Assembly: GCF_001194135.2 (NCBI RefSeq)
Contig: NC_068984.1
Span: forward strand, 3,358,382 to 3,422,381
Reading direction: 5' to 3'
Origin: Octopus bimaculoides
Lineage: Eukaryota
Length of the DNA stretch: 64,000 nt
The first letter of the stretch is position 1. Each line of letters begins with the position of its first letter. The translations under genes were made by a program, and so were the position numbers. Shown one piece after another: positions 13,137-24,809 of this stretch. A model generated the notes under the pieces. It was not told the origin of the DNA. It searched no databases and worked only from the letters and a program-made list of their open reading frames with translations.

Positions 13137-13638
13137 TATCTATATTGTTTAGGACAGGTATAATTACCAACACAGGAACATGTATCATACATCAAAATGA
13201 AGCTGGTCCTCTGTGGATCACATCCCTACTTCTCAACATAGTCACCGTTCTACCTACGAATGAGAGCATGCATCCCTGCCCCGTAAAATTCTGTTGACTG
13301 TTCTTTGAGCCGCTTCTTCACTACAGTTTTCACTTCTTCGTCATTGGAATAATGTTTGCCTCTCAAACCCTCTTACATGGGGCCGAAGAGATGATAGTCT
13401 GAAGTGAAAACTGTATTGAAGAAATGGTTCAATGAACAGTCAACAAAATTTTACGGGGCAGGGATACATGCTCTCATTCGAAGGTACAACGTTGCTATTG
13501 AGAGAAACGGTGACTATGTTGAGAAGTAGGGATGTGATCCACAGAAGACCAGCTTTATTTTGATGTATGATACATGTTCCTGTGTTGGTAATTATACCTG
13601 TCCTGAACAAAATGGAGATACTTTTTGACTCGTCCTCG
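13137..13638. mobile_element. Mariner-derived fold-back made of two 3' ends
   Basis: Arms 13137-13336 and 13401-13622 are inverted copies encoding the transposase C-terminus (EVKT..KKW..EQST.FY.AG.HALIRR...NGDYVEK*). Spacer encodes SDYHLFGP. Right TIR ends ctttttgactcgtcctcg followed by TA. Confidence 0.9.
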
Positions 13639-14171
13639 TAATTGATTCTTCATAAAAAAAATTCGCAATTTACAGAGCATTTAACCAGGTTTTTAGGTTA
13701 TTAAATGGTTAGTTCAGTTTCAACACACGTCCTCAGAGCAAGTGTGTGGGTGTGCGTGCGTGAGTGCATGTATGTGTGACGTGCGAACGTGTCTTATTTG
13801 CGTGTCAGGGTACGAGTATGAATGTATATATGTATATATATGTACCTACATACATATGAGTATGAGTGTATGTATGTTTGCATGTTTATATAAAACGGTG
13901 ATGGATGTGGAAACAGTAATGAGTTTGGTCAAATTGTCTTCGAAGAAGCCTATTTAGAGTCGAATAAGCCATGCATTCAGCGCTGATATCAATATAAAAA
14001 CCAACTATTTAATGGTTCCAATCCCGTTGATGGTATTCTACCTCAACAAATATTTATTCTGGTTCTAATTTAGGAAATCATTTTTTTCAATACCGTTATC
14101 TATCTGACTTATAAAGAGTTTGTCTAGATTCGTCCTCCTGTCTTTTTATTTGTCTGTGTGTCGCTCCTTAT

Positions 14172-14221
<50 letters not shown>

Positions 14222-14877
14222 GGCTGCTGCAGTCAACGCTCCAAACAGACAAAGGGATTGTATCCAATATTTAACATCATTTTATTGAGAACATATGCGC
14301 CGGATGTAGTCTCTCATTCAGTTTTCAAATGAAGGCCATGACACTGGAACAATTAGAAACTCGACTGCGTTGGTGTGGCGGTGGTGGTGGTGGTGGTGGT
14401 GAGGAGGAGGAAGAGGGGAAGGAGGAAGAAGAGGACGACGACGACGACGACGACGATGACGATGATATACACTGACGCACTGGTATATACACACACACTG
14501 GTCATTACACATACAGCTACGTCCACAGTAATGCTTACACAATGATATATACACACTTTATACAAAAGTGAACTTCATTACTTAAATTATGCGCACACCA
14601 CTCTAAAGCATAAACTGGAGAGAGAAAAGGAAACAGTAGTCTTTCAATGCGACAATTACATGGCAAGGTTTCGGTCCTAGTTGTAACTGTTTCATATACT
14701 TCAAAGAAAAATATGAATATCGCACAAATATATTTCCTCGCCTGTAAAACGGAGTCGTAAAGGATGTCTCCAGTATCAGAGTTGATTGCATGGTTATAAG
14801 AAAAATAATTTCGATATTTTCTGTAGGATTTCTACACGAACTCATTAAACGTTTCATATTTAGTTGTATAATTCTGT

Positions 14878-15085
14878 TGCAGCTGGCAGAATTGTTAGCA
14901 CGCCGGGCGAAATGCTTAGCGGCATTTCGTGTGCTTTATATTCTGAGTTCAAATTCCGCCGAGGTCGACTTTGCCTTTCATCCTTTCGGGGTCGATAAAT
15001 TAAGCACCAGTTGCGTACTGGGGTCGATCTAATCGACGGGCCCCTTCCCCCAAAATTCTGGACCTTATGCCTAGAGTAGAAACGG
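14878..15085 (+). mobile_element. SINE family 1
   Basis: Same head and central domain; tail cttatgcctagagtagaaa. Confidence 0.85.
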
Positions 15086-15103
15086 ATATTTAGTTGTATA
15101 ATT

Positions 15104-15313
15104 AAGGCAACAGCTGGCAGAATTGTTAGCACGCCGGGCGAAATACTTTGCGGCATTTCGTCTGTCTTTACATTCTGAGTTCAAATTCCGCCGAGGTCAA
15201 CTTTACCTTTCATCCTTTCGGGCTCGATAAAAGAAGCAGCAATGCTGGGGGTTGATGTAATCGACTTGCCTTCTCCCTCGAAATTACTGGCCTTGTGACA
15301 AAATTTGAAATCA
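15104..15313 (+). mobile_element. SINE family 1, different tail
   Basis: Same head and central domain; tail ggccttgtgacaaaatttgaaa. Confidence 0.85.
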
Positions 15314-15364
15314 ATATTTTGTTGTATAATTAAGATATTGTGCAAAATGGAAATTAGTGGATCT

Positions 15365-15690
15365 CTGTCAGTGTCGATGATGAGCACTCAGTTATTTAAT
15401 CAACTGAACTACTTATCCACTGATCTGGCGTGTAAGTGGCTAAACATTCCACAGACACGAACACAATTAGCATAATTCGGAGGTAGAATCACTTCGAAAA
15501 AGTGTGTAGGAAGGATGGTCCTTTGAATTACATTTCCAAACTACAGGCTTCTACACAGTTTCCATTTGTCTAATTTTACTTACAAAGCTTGACACCTCAT
15601 GAAGCTATAATAAAAGACGTTTTCTCAAGATTCCATACAGTGGAATTGAACCCATGATTTCGTGTTTACGAAACGAACTTTTTAAACATT
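15365..15690 (-). mobile_element. Old degenerate SINE (family-3-like head, family-4-like tail)
   Basis: 15540-15690 resembles the rc of the family 3 head; 15395-15490 resembles the rc of the family 4 tail. Confidence 0.5.
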
Positions 15691-16641
15691 CTTCCCATAA
15701 TGTAGATACAGTTGACACACAATCTTACCACATCCATGTTCTTCATTCAAAATAAAAATTTACGTCTTGACACTTGCTGCATTTATGTCGAAAATTATTT
15801 TAATAATCCTCAATAAACATACTCACATTTTATGCCTCATATATTTTAATATGTTTCATGCCAATATAATTTTCTTTTAAAACTTTTCGAAAGTAACAGA
15901 GATATTCTAGGTCAGCTTTCTATGTTTGACAGGCAGTGCCGTCACTTCAGTACGCTATCATATATATATTCAGTGAAGAAATAGAGATTTTGGTGTGAAA
16001 ATCAAAATTTAATTGTCCTATGTTAAAAAGAAAACAGAAAACAACTCGGTATATTAATCAGAGAAATGAAGATACGCAGTGGAGATGATATTTAAGACGT
16101 GAAACAGCTGTTTTCTGCTGGTAATCAGATTAATATGGTTCTCTTATTCTACAACAGTGATTGTAAGAGTTCATGTGAAATATTTCAGTGACTGGAATGA
16201 TCATGATAAGATCCATGTAAATAACTAGCTGAAACTACAAAATAAATTCTGAGAGTAACTCTACAAGGAATTTCAGATTATTCCCACCATTCTCATCGTT
16301 CGCCCTGGACTAAATTTTATGACACTAATGAAATTCAAATTTGTTGTTGATGTTTCAACTGAAAGCTTGGAGTTGTTTAAATGCCACCGCTTGTTTCAGT
16401 AATTCTTAAAACGCCATATAAACGGAATAGTTTGGTCCCTGCATAAAGGGTTCAGTTCTTTCAAATCAGAATTGTGTGGACGTAAGAGAATGCCAGACTG
16501 GTTTTGATCATATGGACCTGCTTAATATCTCTAAACTACCTCTCTCTCTCTCTCCAACAAACTGGTGGTAGCAAAGAAGATAGGTACGTGCTAGAAAGAG
16601 AGAGTGCTAGAAAGAAAGAGAGAGTGCTAGAAAGAGAGAGA

Positions 16642-16678
<37 letters not shown>

Positions 16679-16858
16679 GGAGAGTGCATGTATGTGAGCG
16701 TGTGTGTATGAAAGATAGAAAGGAGAACAGAAAGAGATTTGAAACTCTTCATCGTATAATATTCTCACTTGACATTATCAAAACACAATTGTCTAAAATA
16801 AGATTGAATTAATCAAATGAGGAATTGCTTTTTCAGAGTGAATTAACTGTTCCATGAT

Positions 16859-16868
16859 ATGCAATACA

Positions 16869-16935
<67 letters not shown>

Positions 16936-16946
16936 GTAATAATAAT
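16859..16946. repeat. (TAA)n microsatellite
   Basis: Direct run. Confidence 0.95.
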
Positions 16947-16948
16947 AT

Positions 16949-17596
<648 letters not shown>

Positions 17597-17714
17597 CTCA
17601 TCTAATAACGATAATAATAATAAATGTCTTCTGCTAGAATAACAGTAGGAGATAGGGGAACCAAAAGGCCAAATGAAGTTAAAAACTAGAAAAAAAAAAG
17701 ACTGATGATTATCT

Positions 17715-17990
17715 GCCAAGAGAAGGCTTTGCATAGTAGATTCTCAGAGATAGTTACATGAAATAGTAATAATGAGACATGGTTATGGTCGCAGAAAGAA
17801 AGGTTGAAAAGAGAAACAGGAAGTTTGTTAGTAGCAGCCTAAGATCAAGCATTGAAGACCAATTGGATAAAATCCAAAATAAACAAAATCCAGGTAGGTT
17901 CCCAGTGTAATGTTATGCACATCAAAAGAGAAAGGTGCTACTCATATTGTAGGTGAATGTGGTATGTTATCACAGAAAGAATACAACCGG
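17715..17990 (+). mobile_element. R4/Dong-like fragment (pre-zinc knuckle region)
   Basis: LKRETGSLLVAA*DQALKTNWIKSKI...THIVGECGMLSQKEY. Confidence 0.75.
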
Positions 17991-18170
17991 ACCTCACCTG
18001 TAAGGTCATGTGCTATTTATTTATCTTGATATGAGATCACCATGTCGCGCACATATGGCTGTGATGCACGTGCCTGCTGTACCCTTATCAGATGGGTAGT
18101 CATGATGGGTATACTGGGATTTGTATATTTTACCCCAGTGTGACTTGATGGCATGCACTGCTCTCTCTCA
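17990..18170 (+). mobile_element. 3' part of the 540-bp element followed by (ATA)n
   Basis: Matches 17310-17480 and 24265-24434. Confidence 0.8.
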
Positions 18171-18273
18171 ATAATAATAATAATAATAACTATCATTATT
18201 GTTGTAGCCCGATGTTAGGATTTTTTCTTTTCCAACAGTTTAATTTGTTGTGTGTAGTTTAATAATAATAATA

Positions 18274-18351
<78 letters not shown>

Positions 18352-18710
18352 TAACAAAATATATTAAGAGCACTATAGTATAAATTGATGTTAAACACAT
18401 TGTTACTTTCCCTCATCATTCAAATAGCAATTGGTTTGAAAAAGCATTAGCCAAAACTTGTACGTTAACATGATTGACAACACAAACAGTAATGAGTGAT
18501 GGAAGTGGGGAACTAATTGTGCACAAGGAAGATATAGAAACAAGACAAGCTTTAAACACACATTGTAGTTTTATAATAAGTNNNNNNNNNNNNNNNNNNN
18601 NNNNNNNNNNNNNNNNNNNNNNNNNNNNNNNNNNNNNNNNNNNNNNNNNNNNNNNNNNNNNNNNNNNNNNNNNNNNNNNNNNNNNNNNNNNNNNNNNNNN
18701 NNNNNNNNNN

Positions 18711-18775
<65 letters not shown>

Positions 18776-19485
18776 TTAGTGAAGCAGTTTTCTGAATTAG
18801 TTTCAAACGAGCACATTTGAAGTATTAATATCCTCAATAGAACAATCTCAGCACACAAGGAGCGATTTAGCACGAACAGACCGGAAGTGTTTCATTTTGA
18901 AAATGGCGTCCTGTATAGATAGCACTGGGAAGGAGGTTAGCTGAGAAGACAAGTATTTTTGTAATTCAAGCTATAGCATTCGGGATCTTCCCACGGATGG
19001 GGTGCCCGGAAACAGCTTATACAAACGTATGTTCAGACATGTTAACGTCACAATATTTACGAGAGAGGACGAAATCGTATTAGTTTTGCTTGAATAATCT
19101 AGCCAGCTTCTTTTATTATTATTATTTTTTATTGAGAAGGTCACGTGTTACACAGCCACCTAACTAGTTGTTCAAAAAACAATGCTAGCTTTATAATACA
19201 TTTACTACGCCTCTTGTGTCGACCAGCAAATATATTTTTAAAGAGAATTGTTAGTTTTCTTTATTCGGTTCTAGTATATTAACAACCATTGAAAATATTT
19301 CTGAAAATTGGAATGAGACCCACAGACTTGAGACAAAGACAGAAAGAATAATTTTGTTCTGTTTCTCGTTTGTTGCCATTTCTTTAACTCAGTTAATACT
19401 GTTAGTAAATGTATGAACGTCACGAAATCTCTTCAGTGCGTAAATCTAAAATCATGTCTAATGGATTTATGCGGATATAAAAGTA

Positions 19486-19648
19486 TCGTATTTTAATGCA
19501 TATAAGGAACCCCTAATTTTGGGGGCTTAAAGTTTGTGAAAAAGGTTTTGTAAGGGATTATAATACTATCTATATATAAGAAACTCCCATACTTTTTTTA
19601 CCTTTTTTTTGAAAAAAAAAATGGTTCCTTATACACGTTAAAATACGG
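19486..19648. mobile_element. pogo/Tc1-type MITE
   Basis: ~26-bp TIRs (tcgtattttaatgcatataaggaacc / ggttccttatacacgttaaaatacgg), TA on both flanks. Confidence 0.7.
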
Positions 19649-19740
19649 TATATACATATATAGACGTGAGCAAATGATTAATGAATAAAGAATTGAGTGA
19701 TGATAGACATCTTTTCTGATAACGGCACAATACCTGAGTT

Positions 19741-19930
19741 GTTGGGGGAGGGGCAATATAGAGTCGATTACATTGATCCACACAATTCCAATGGAATTTA
19801 ATTTTATTTCTCTCGTAAGGATAAAAAGCAAGTCGACCAAGGTGAGATTTGAACTCAGACGAGAAAGGAGCATAAGTCAAATACCGAAAGGATTTTCTCC
19901 ATCACTCTAATCAATCTGCCAATCAATTCA
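19741..19930 (-). mobile_element. Degenerate SINE family 1
   Basis: gtcgattacattgatcc, aagcaagtcgac and tttgaactcaga match the rc of family 1. Confidence 0.65.
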
Positions 19931-19980
19931 CTAAACCTGGTGATCAATCAACTTTCAGAAACCAATAAACATATTTATTG

Positions 19981-20400
19981 TGAAGGCGCAATGGCCCAGT
20001 GGTTAAGGCAGCGGACTCGCGGTCGTAGGATCGCGGTTTCGATTCCAAGACCGGGTGTTGTGAGTGTTGATTGAGCGAAAACACCTAAAGCTCCACGAGG
20101 TTCCGGCAGGTGCCTCGTGGCGAACCCTGGTGGTGAACCCTGGTGGTGAACCCTGGTGGTGAACCCTGCTGTACTCTTTCACCACAACTTTCTCTCACTC
20201 TTACTTCCTGTTTCTGTTGTGCCTGTAATTCAAAGGACCAGCTTTGTCACACTCTGTGTCACGCTGAATCTCCCCGAGAACTACGTTAAGGGTACACGTG
20301 TTTGTGGAGTGCTCAGCCACTTGCACGCTAATTTCACGAGCAGGCTGTTCCGTTGATCGGATCAACTGGAACCCACGACGTCGTAACCGACGGAGTGCCA
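19981..20400 (+). mobile_element. tRNA-derived SINE family 4
   Basis: A box tggcccagtgg, B-box-like gtttcgattcc; homologous to 61450-61755. Confidence 0.85.
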
Positions 20401-21545
20401 CGTTCTATTTATCATAATTTCTATAGTCGTTTATATCGATCCAGTGTCTAATAATGAATTAATTGGGCATAGTTGAATAAAAATCAGCTGACTTGGTGAT
20501 ATTCGAACGCAACACCTAAAGGGTTGGAAGTTCATACCCCAAGGTATTTTGTCTTACACTCAACTAATTTCCCCGCCTTTGTCTGACTACTACTACTACT
20601 ACTACTGCCACTACTATCACCACCTTCACCACTACCCCACCCCCACCATCACTGCTTCCTTTGTTGTTGCTGATGCTGTTGTTCTTCGTCCTAAACAGGG
20701 CTGCTACTTTACGTTAGCATATAGGCTTTACACTCCACTTTTTATATGTTTTTTTTAATCTTTGTCGGCTTTTGTTGTTTTAGCGCATGCGCTGTAGAGG
20801 AAACACTGTTGAAGTCAGATTCGAATTTCATAAAATAATCTTTGCTCATGTAACGTTTTTTTTTTTGTATGAGGTATTTTTCATTCTAGTATGTGTATGT
20901 GAATGTATACATGCAATGTGTCTTTGTATGCGTGTGTATATATATGTGTGTGTGTGGTTTTTTTCCTCACGTTTCACTAATTCTTATATATCGATTGGTT
21001 CATGCGAGAGGTGTCTCGGCCAGCTGTAGATGTTTCAGAGATAATTCTTAGGTGTGAACGTAGTCGCACATAAATTTTCATTAACCTAATATATGGAATC
21101 TTAACAAAAGCACCATTTCTTTTTCTTGAAAACTTTCATACTTAACAACATCCAAATTAATATTTGGCTGGTACTTAGTTTATCGATCCAGGAACGTTTA
21201 AACAATTACAGTCGGACATGAACTCAATGTGCGAAGCTAAACAGAGAACGACATATTGCCAAGAACTCTTCTGATTCAGCAACACGGCATACATAGGGGG
21301 TACCAACAAGATCGTGATATGGTAGCGGAAAGCAAATCCTGATCAATACAGATCGATTCCTAGTTGAGTTAACCCTTTCGTTTTCTCTTCGTATTTGCAC
21401 TCTCTGAGCATAGGCAACTCCGAAAGGGACACACACATACGTGTGTGCGTGTATGTGTGTGTACGCCTATACGGCTTTAGCTTGCCGCCACTAACATTAA
21501 TATCGCTCATGAGTATTAATGTTCTTTATATATTATATATGCGTG

Positions 21546-21850
21546 TGGGTGAGTCGCATGGCTCAGTGGTTAGAGTGTCGAGCTTATGATCGTGAAGTTG
21601 TGAGTTTGAATCCCGAACCAGGCTGCGTGTTGTGTTCTTGAGGAAGACACTTTATTTCACGTTGCTCCGGTTCACTCAGCTGTAGAAATGAGCTGTGACG
21701 TCACTGGTACCAAGCTGTATCGGCCCCTTTGCCTTTCCCTTGGATAACATTGGTGGAGAGGGGAGGCTGGTATGCATGGGCTGATCTTCCATAAAAACAA
21801 CCCTAGGCTGTGCATTCGCCCCTTGGTCATTCGTGACCGACGGAGTCGAG
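21546..21850 (+). mobile_element. tRNA-derived CORE-like SINE
   Basis: A box tggctcagtgg, B box gtttgaatccc, CORE-like gtgttcttgaggaagacactttatttcacgttgctcc. Confidence 0.8.
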
Positions 21851-22273
21851 TTATATAATATATAATGTACAGAAAAACAAAAGACGAAGACAGGTGTATA
21901 AACAAGCTAGTTGCAGGAACTTGTCTACACATTTTCCAGATAATTTGTCTTCATGCAGGTGAGTCCTCATAGTATCCAAGAAATGTTATTTGGTTACATT
22001 TCGCCAAAGATAAACTGACTTTAAACAAGCAAGACTATATGTTGTCCTCTGTCGTTGTTTCTATTCTCTAAGTTCTTCCACTGTGGCAGCTTCCGTATGT
22101 ATGTGTGTGCGTGCGTTCATGCGCGCGCGCGCATGTGTGTGTGTAATGCTTTGAATATTCATGTTGCAGTCTTTGAACAGATTGACTGAGAGACACTCGA
22201 ACGGAATGTCAGTCGGATGACTAAGATCTATACGTCTGTAAATGAATGATAACGATACGAGACAGAGGGAGAG

Positions 22274-22331
<58 letters not shown>

Positions 22332-22340
22332 ATGTATGTT

Positions 22341-22382
<42 letters not shown>

Positions 22383-22512
22383 TATATACATATATATGCT
22401 TATATACATAAATGGGTGACGTAAATGTACAGGTGTCAATTCATTTCGGCCGTTTCAAGCGACTCCTTTAATTGATTAATGAAAACATTACATCAAATAT
22501 ATATATACATAG

Positions 22513-22737
22513 AATTAACAGAATGAGATAAAAAATCCAAGGTTGTGAAAGATTTCAGAACATTTATAAAGAGGTCTTACATCTGTTTCCGGGATATTTT
22601 ATATATCTCTTCATCAGAGACGGTGCGAGAAAATGGTTATTATAGAAAAGATATGAAATACAGAGTGAAGTGGAGGAATGAAAACAGGCTCTGAAATCTT
22701 TCACAACCTTGGATTTTTTTATCTCATTCTGTTAATT
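22513..22737 (-). mobile_element. Fold-back element with 47-bp terminal inverted repeats and internal hammerhead motif
   Basis: Arms 22513-22559 and 22690-22737 differ by one indel; (TA)n flanks. Confidence 0.8.
22574..22621 (-). ncRNA. Minimal type I hammerhead ribozyme-like motif
   Basis: GUCU-CUGAUGA-a-GAGAUAU(auaaa)AUAUCCC-g-GAAAC-AGAU-GUA-AGAC: intact core, 4-bp stem I, stem II with one mismatch, short stem III. Confidence 0.65.
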
Positions 22738-22902
22738 TTTATATATATATACGTATGCTAATATATGACCCACGTTGGACACCTCATTCGCATAATCACC
22801 GAATCTGGAGCTTAACTATAGTCTGTCCTTAGCACTTACTCAGCATTACCTGACACCTTTGGGTCTTCTTGACACCAATATCTTTCATACGCTATATATA
22901 TG

Positions 22903-23145
22903 ATGGCGCGTGGCTTAGTGGTTAGGGCATCTAGCTCACTTTCGTAAGGTCGTGTGCTCTATTCCCGGTGACGCGCTGTGTCCTTGAGCAAGACACTTTA
23001 TTTCACGTTGCTCCAGTCCACTCAGCTGGCAAAAATGAGTAGTACCTGTATTTCAAAGGGCCAGCTTTGTCACACTCTGTGTCACGCTGTATCTCCCTGA
23101 GAACTACGATAAGGGTACACGTGTCTATGGAGTGCTCTCATAACT
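22903..23145 (+). mobile_element. CORE-like SINE with family-4 tail
   Basis: Head and CORE as in the 21546 copy; tail ttcaaagggccagctttgtcacactctgtgtcacgctg as in the 19981 copy. Confidence 0.8.
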
Positions 23146-23890
23146 TCAATATATATATATATATANNNNNNNNNNNNNNNNNNNNNNNNNNNNNNNNNNN
23201 NNNNNNNNNNNNNNNNNNNNNNNNNNNNNNNNNNNNNNNNNNNNNNNNNNNNNNNNNNNNNNTATATATAATGATAGAATAGGTTTAAGATAACGTTATT
23301 TATTATTTGAACTTATCCCTTTGTCTTCTTTCTCATGAAATGTTTAAATGATGAAACTAGGAACTATCTGTTTATGAGTGGTGATTGTAAATAGGAGAGA
23401 GAGAGGCGGGAGAGAAGGTGGAAGAAACATCACACAGAGTTCCACTCTCTTTGAGAATTAGCTTCAAGTGAAAATGAAATTTTATAAAATTTTATCTTAG
23501 CTTTTATTGTTCTTGATCTTGAGTTTCCATAAAGAGAGACGATAAGAAAAAAAAAGTGTCACGAAAAGAATTATGTTTTACTTTTAGTTATTAAAGGAAA
23601 ATGAATACAAACGAACTGACAAGATGCTGGAATATAAAGCAGATGGCATTCAAAAGAAAGTTATCTAGAGGCAGAATGTATCGACTATCAAAAAGAGGGG
23701 AGATAATTTGAAAAAGCAACACCTTTGTAAACATTACCCATCCGCAGATACTTTATTACGGCACTCAAACACAGTTGTGTTGTATGGATCGATAACGTTA
23801 TAGAAACTTCGAACCTCAGATACTGGATAATGATGATGATGATGATAATAAAAATGATGATAATAATATTATTATTATTATTATTATATA

Positions 23891-24434
23891 GCCTGATGCA
23901 GTACTAGGCAGTGGCTCTCATGGCTTCTCATCATAACCGATTGGAAGTGTTATCATCTACATTGTTTTGTCTTGGTATAATAGATGGCCTGCAGCAAATA
24001 TTCTGCTCCATACCACAGATATGCTTGTCAGTTGTTTGACCTAAATCCCTTGAGCATGTACCTTGGTGGTTAACGATATGTGCATCTCTGATCACGAGTA
24101 GAAGTAGTTGGAGAGCATCATAGTCATTTGTTGGGGAATTCTTTGGGGCTTGAATAATTCACCTCTGGAAACATGGATGTTTCATTCAAAATCCTTAAAC
24201 AACTCGTATTCAGGGACTTTTTGAGCAGAGTGGTCTACTCGACCTGACGAAAATTCTGACTGGGCCCCACCTGCAAGGTTATGAGCTGTCTTGATATAAA
24301 ATCACCATGTCGCACACATATGGTTGTGATGCATTTGCTTGTACTCTTATCAGACAGGTAGTCATGATGAGTATACTGGGCTTCGCATATTTTACCCTAG
24401 TGTCACTTTGATGGCATGCGTTACTCTCTCACTC
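23891..24434 (+). mobile_element. ~540-bp non-coding element, second full copy
   Basis: Same termini as 16949-17480; followed by (AAT)n. Confidence 0.8.
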
Positions 24435-24482
<48 letters not shown>

Positions 24483-24731
24483 TGCTTGGAACTGTTAGAA
24501 TTCTCCGCAAGGTTCTTGAAGCATGATCAGTAAACAAGTATCACCTTAGTCTGCTAGCGGTGACTTTTCCATTATATCCAGCAAAATAAGCTGGGAATTT
24601 TCATCAAAATAATAATGATTTCTTTTATTAGCCAGAAATGAAGAGGGAGACATGACTAAGAAAGTCAGTAATTTGTGTGGGGAGATTTACATAAGGGATT
24701 AAGATTAAGAAATGGAAAAGACTGTGAAATG

Positions 24732-24809
<78 letters not shown>

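Noticed and set aside
16075-16118. GATGA...GAAACAGCTGT hammerhead-like string
   Set aside because: CUGA core missing and stem II does not pair convincingly.
21369-21428. TTAA-CCCTTTCG...CGAAAGGG piggyBac-like termini
   Set aside because: Only an 8-bp match and the right TTAA is absent.
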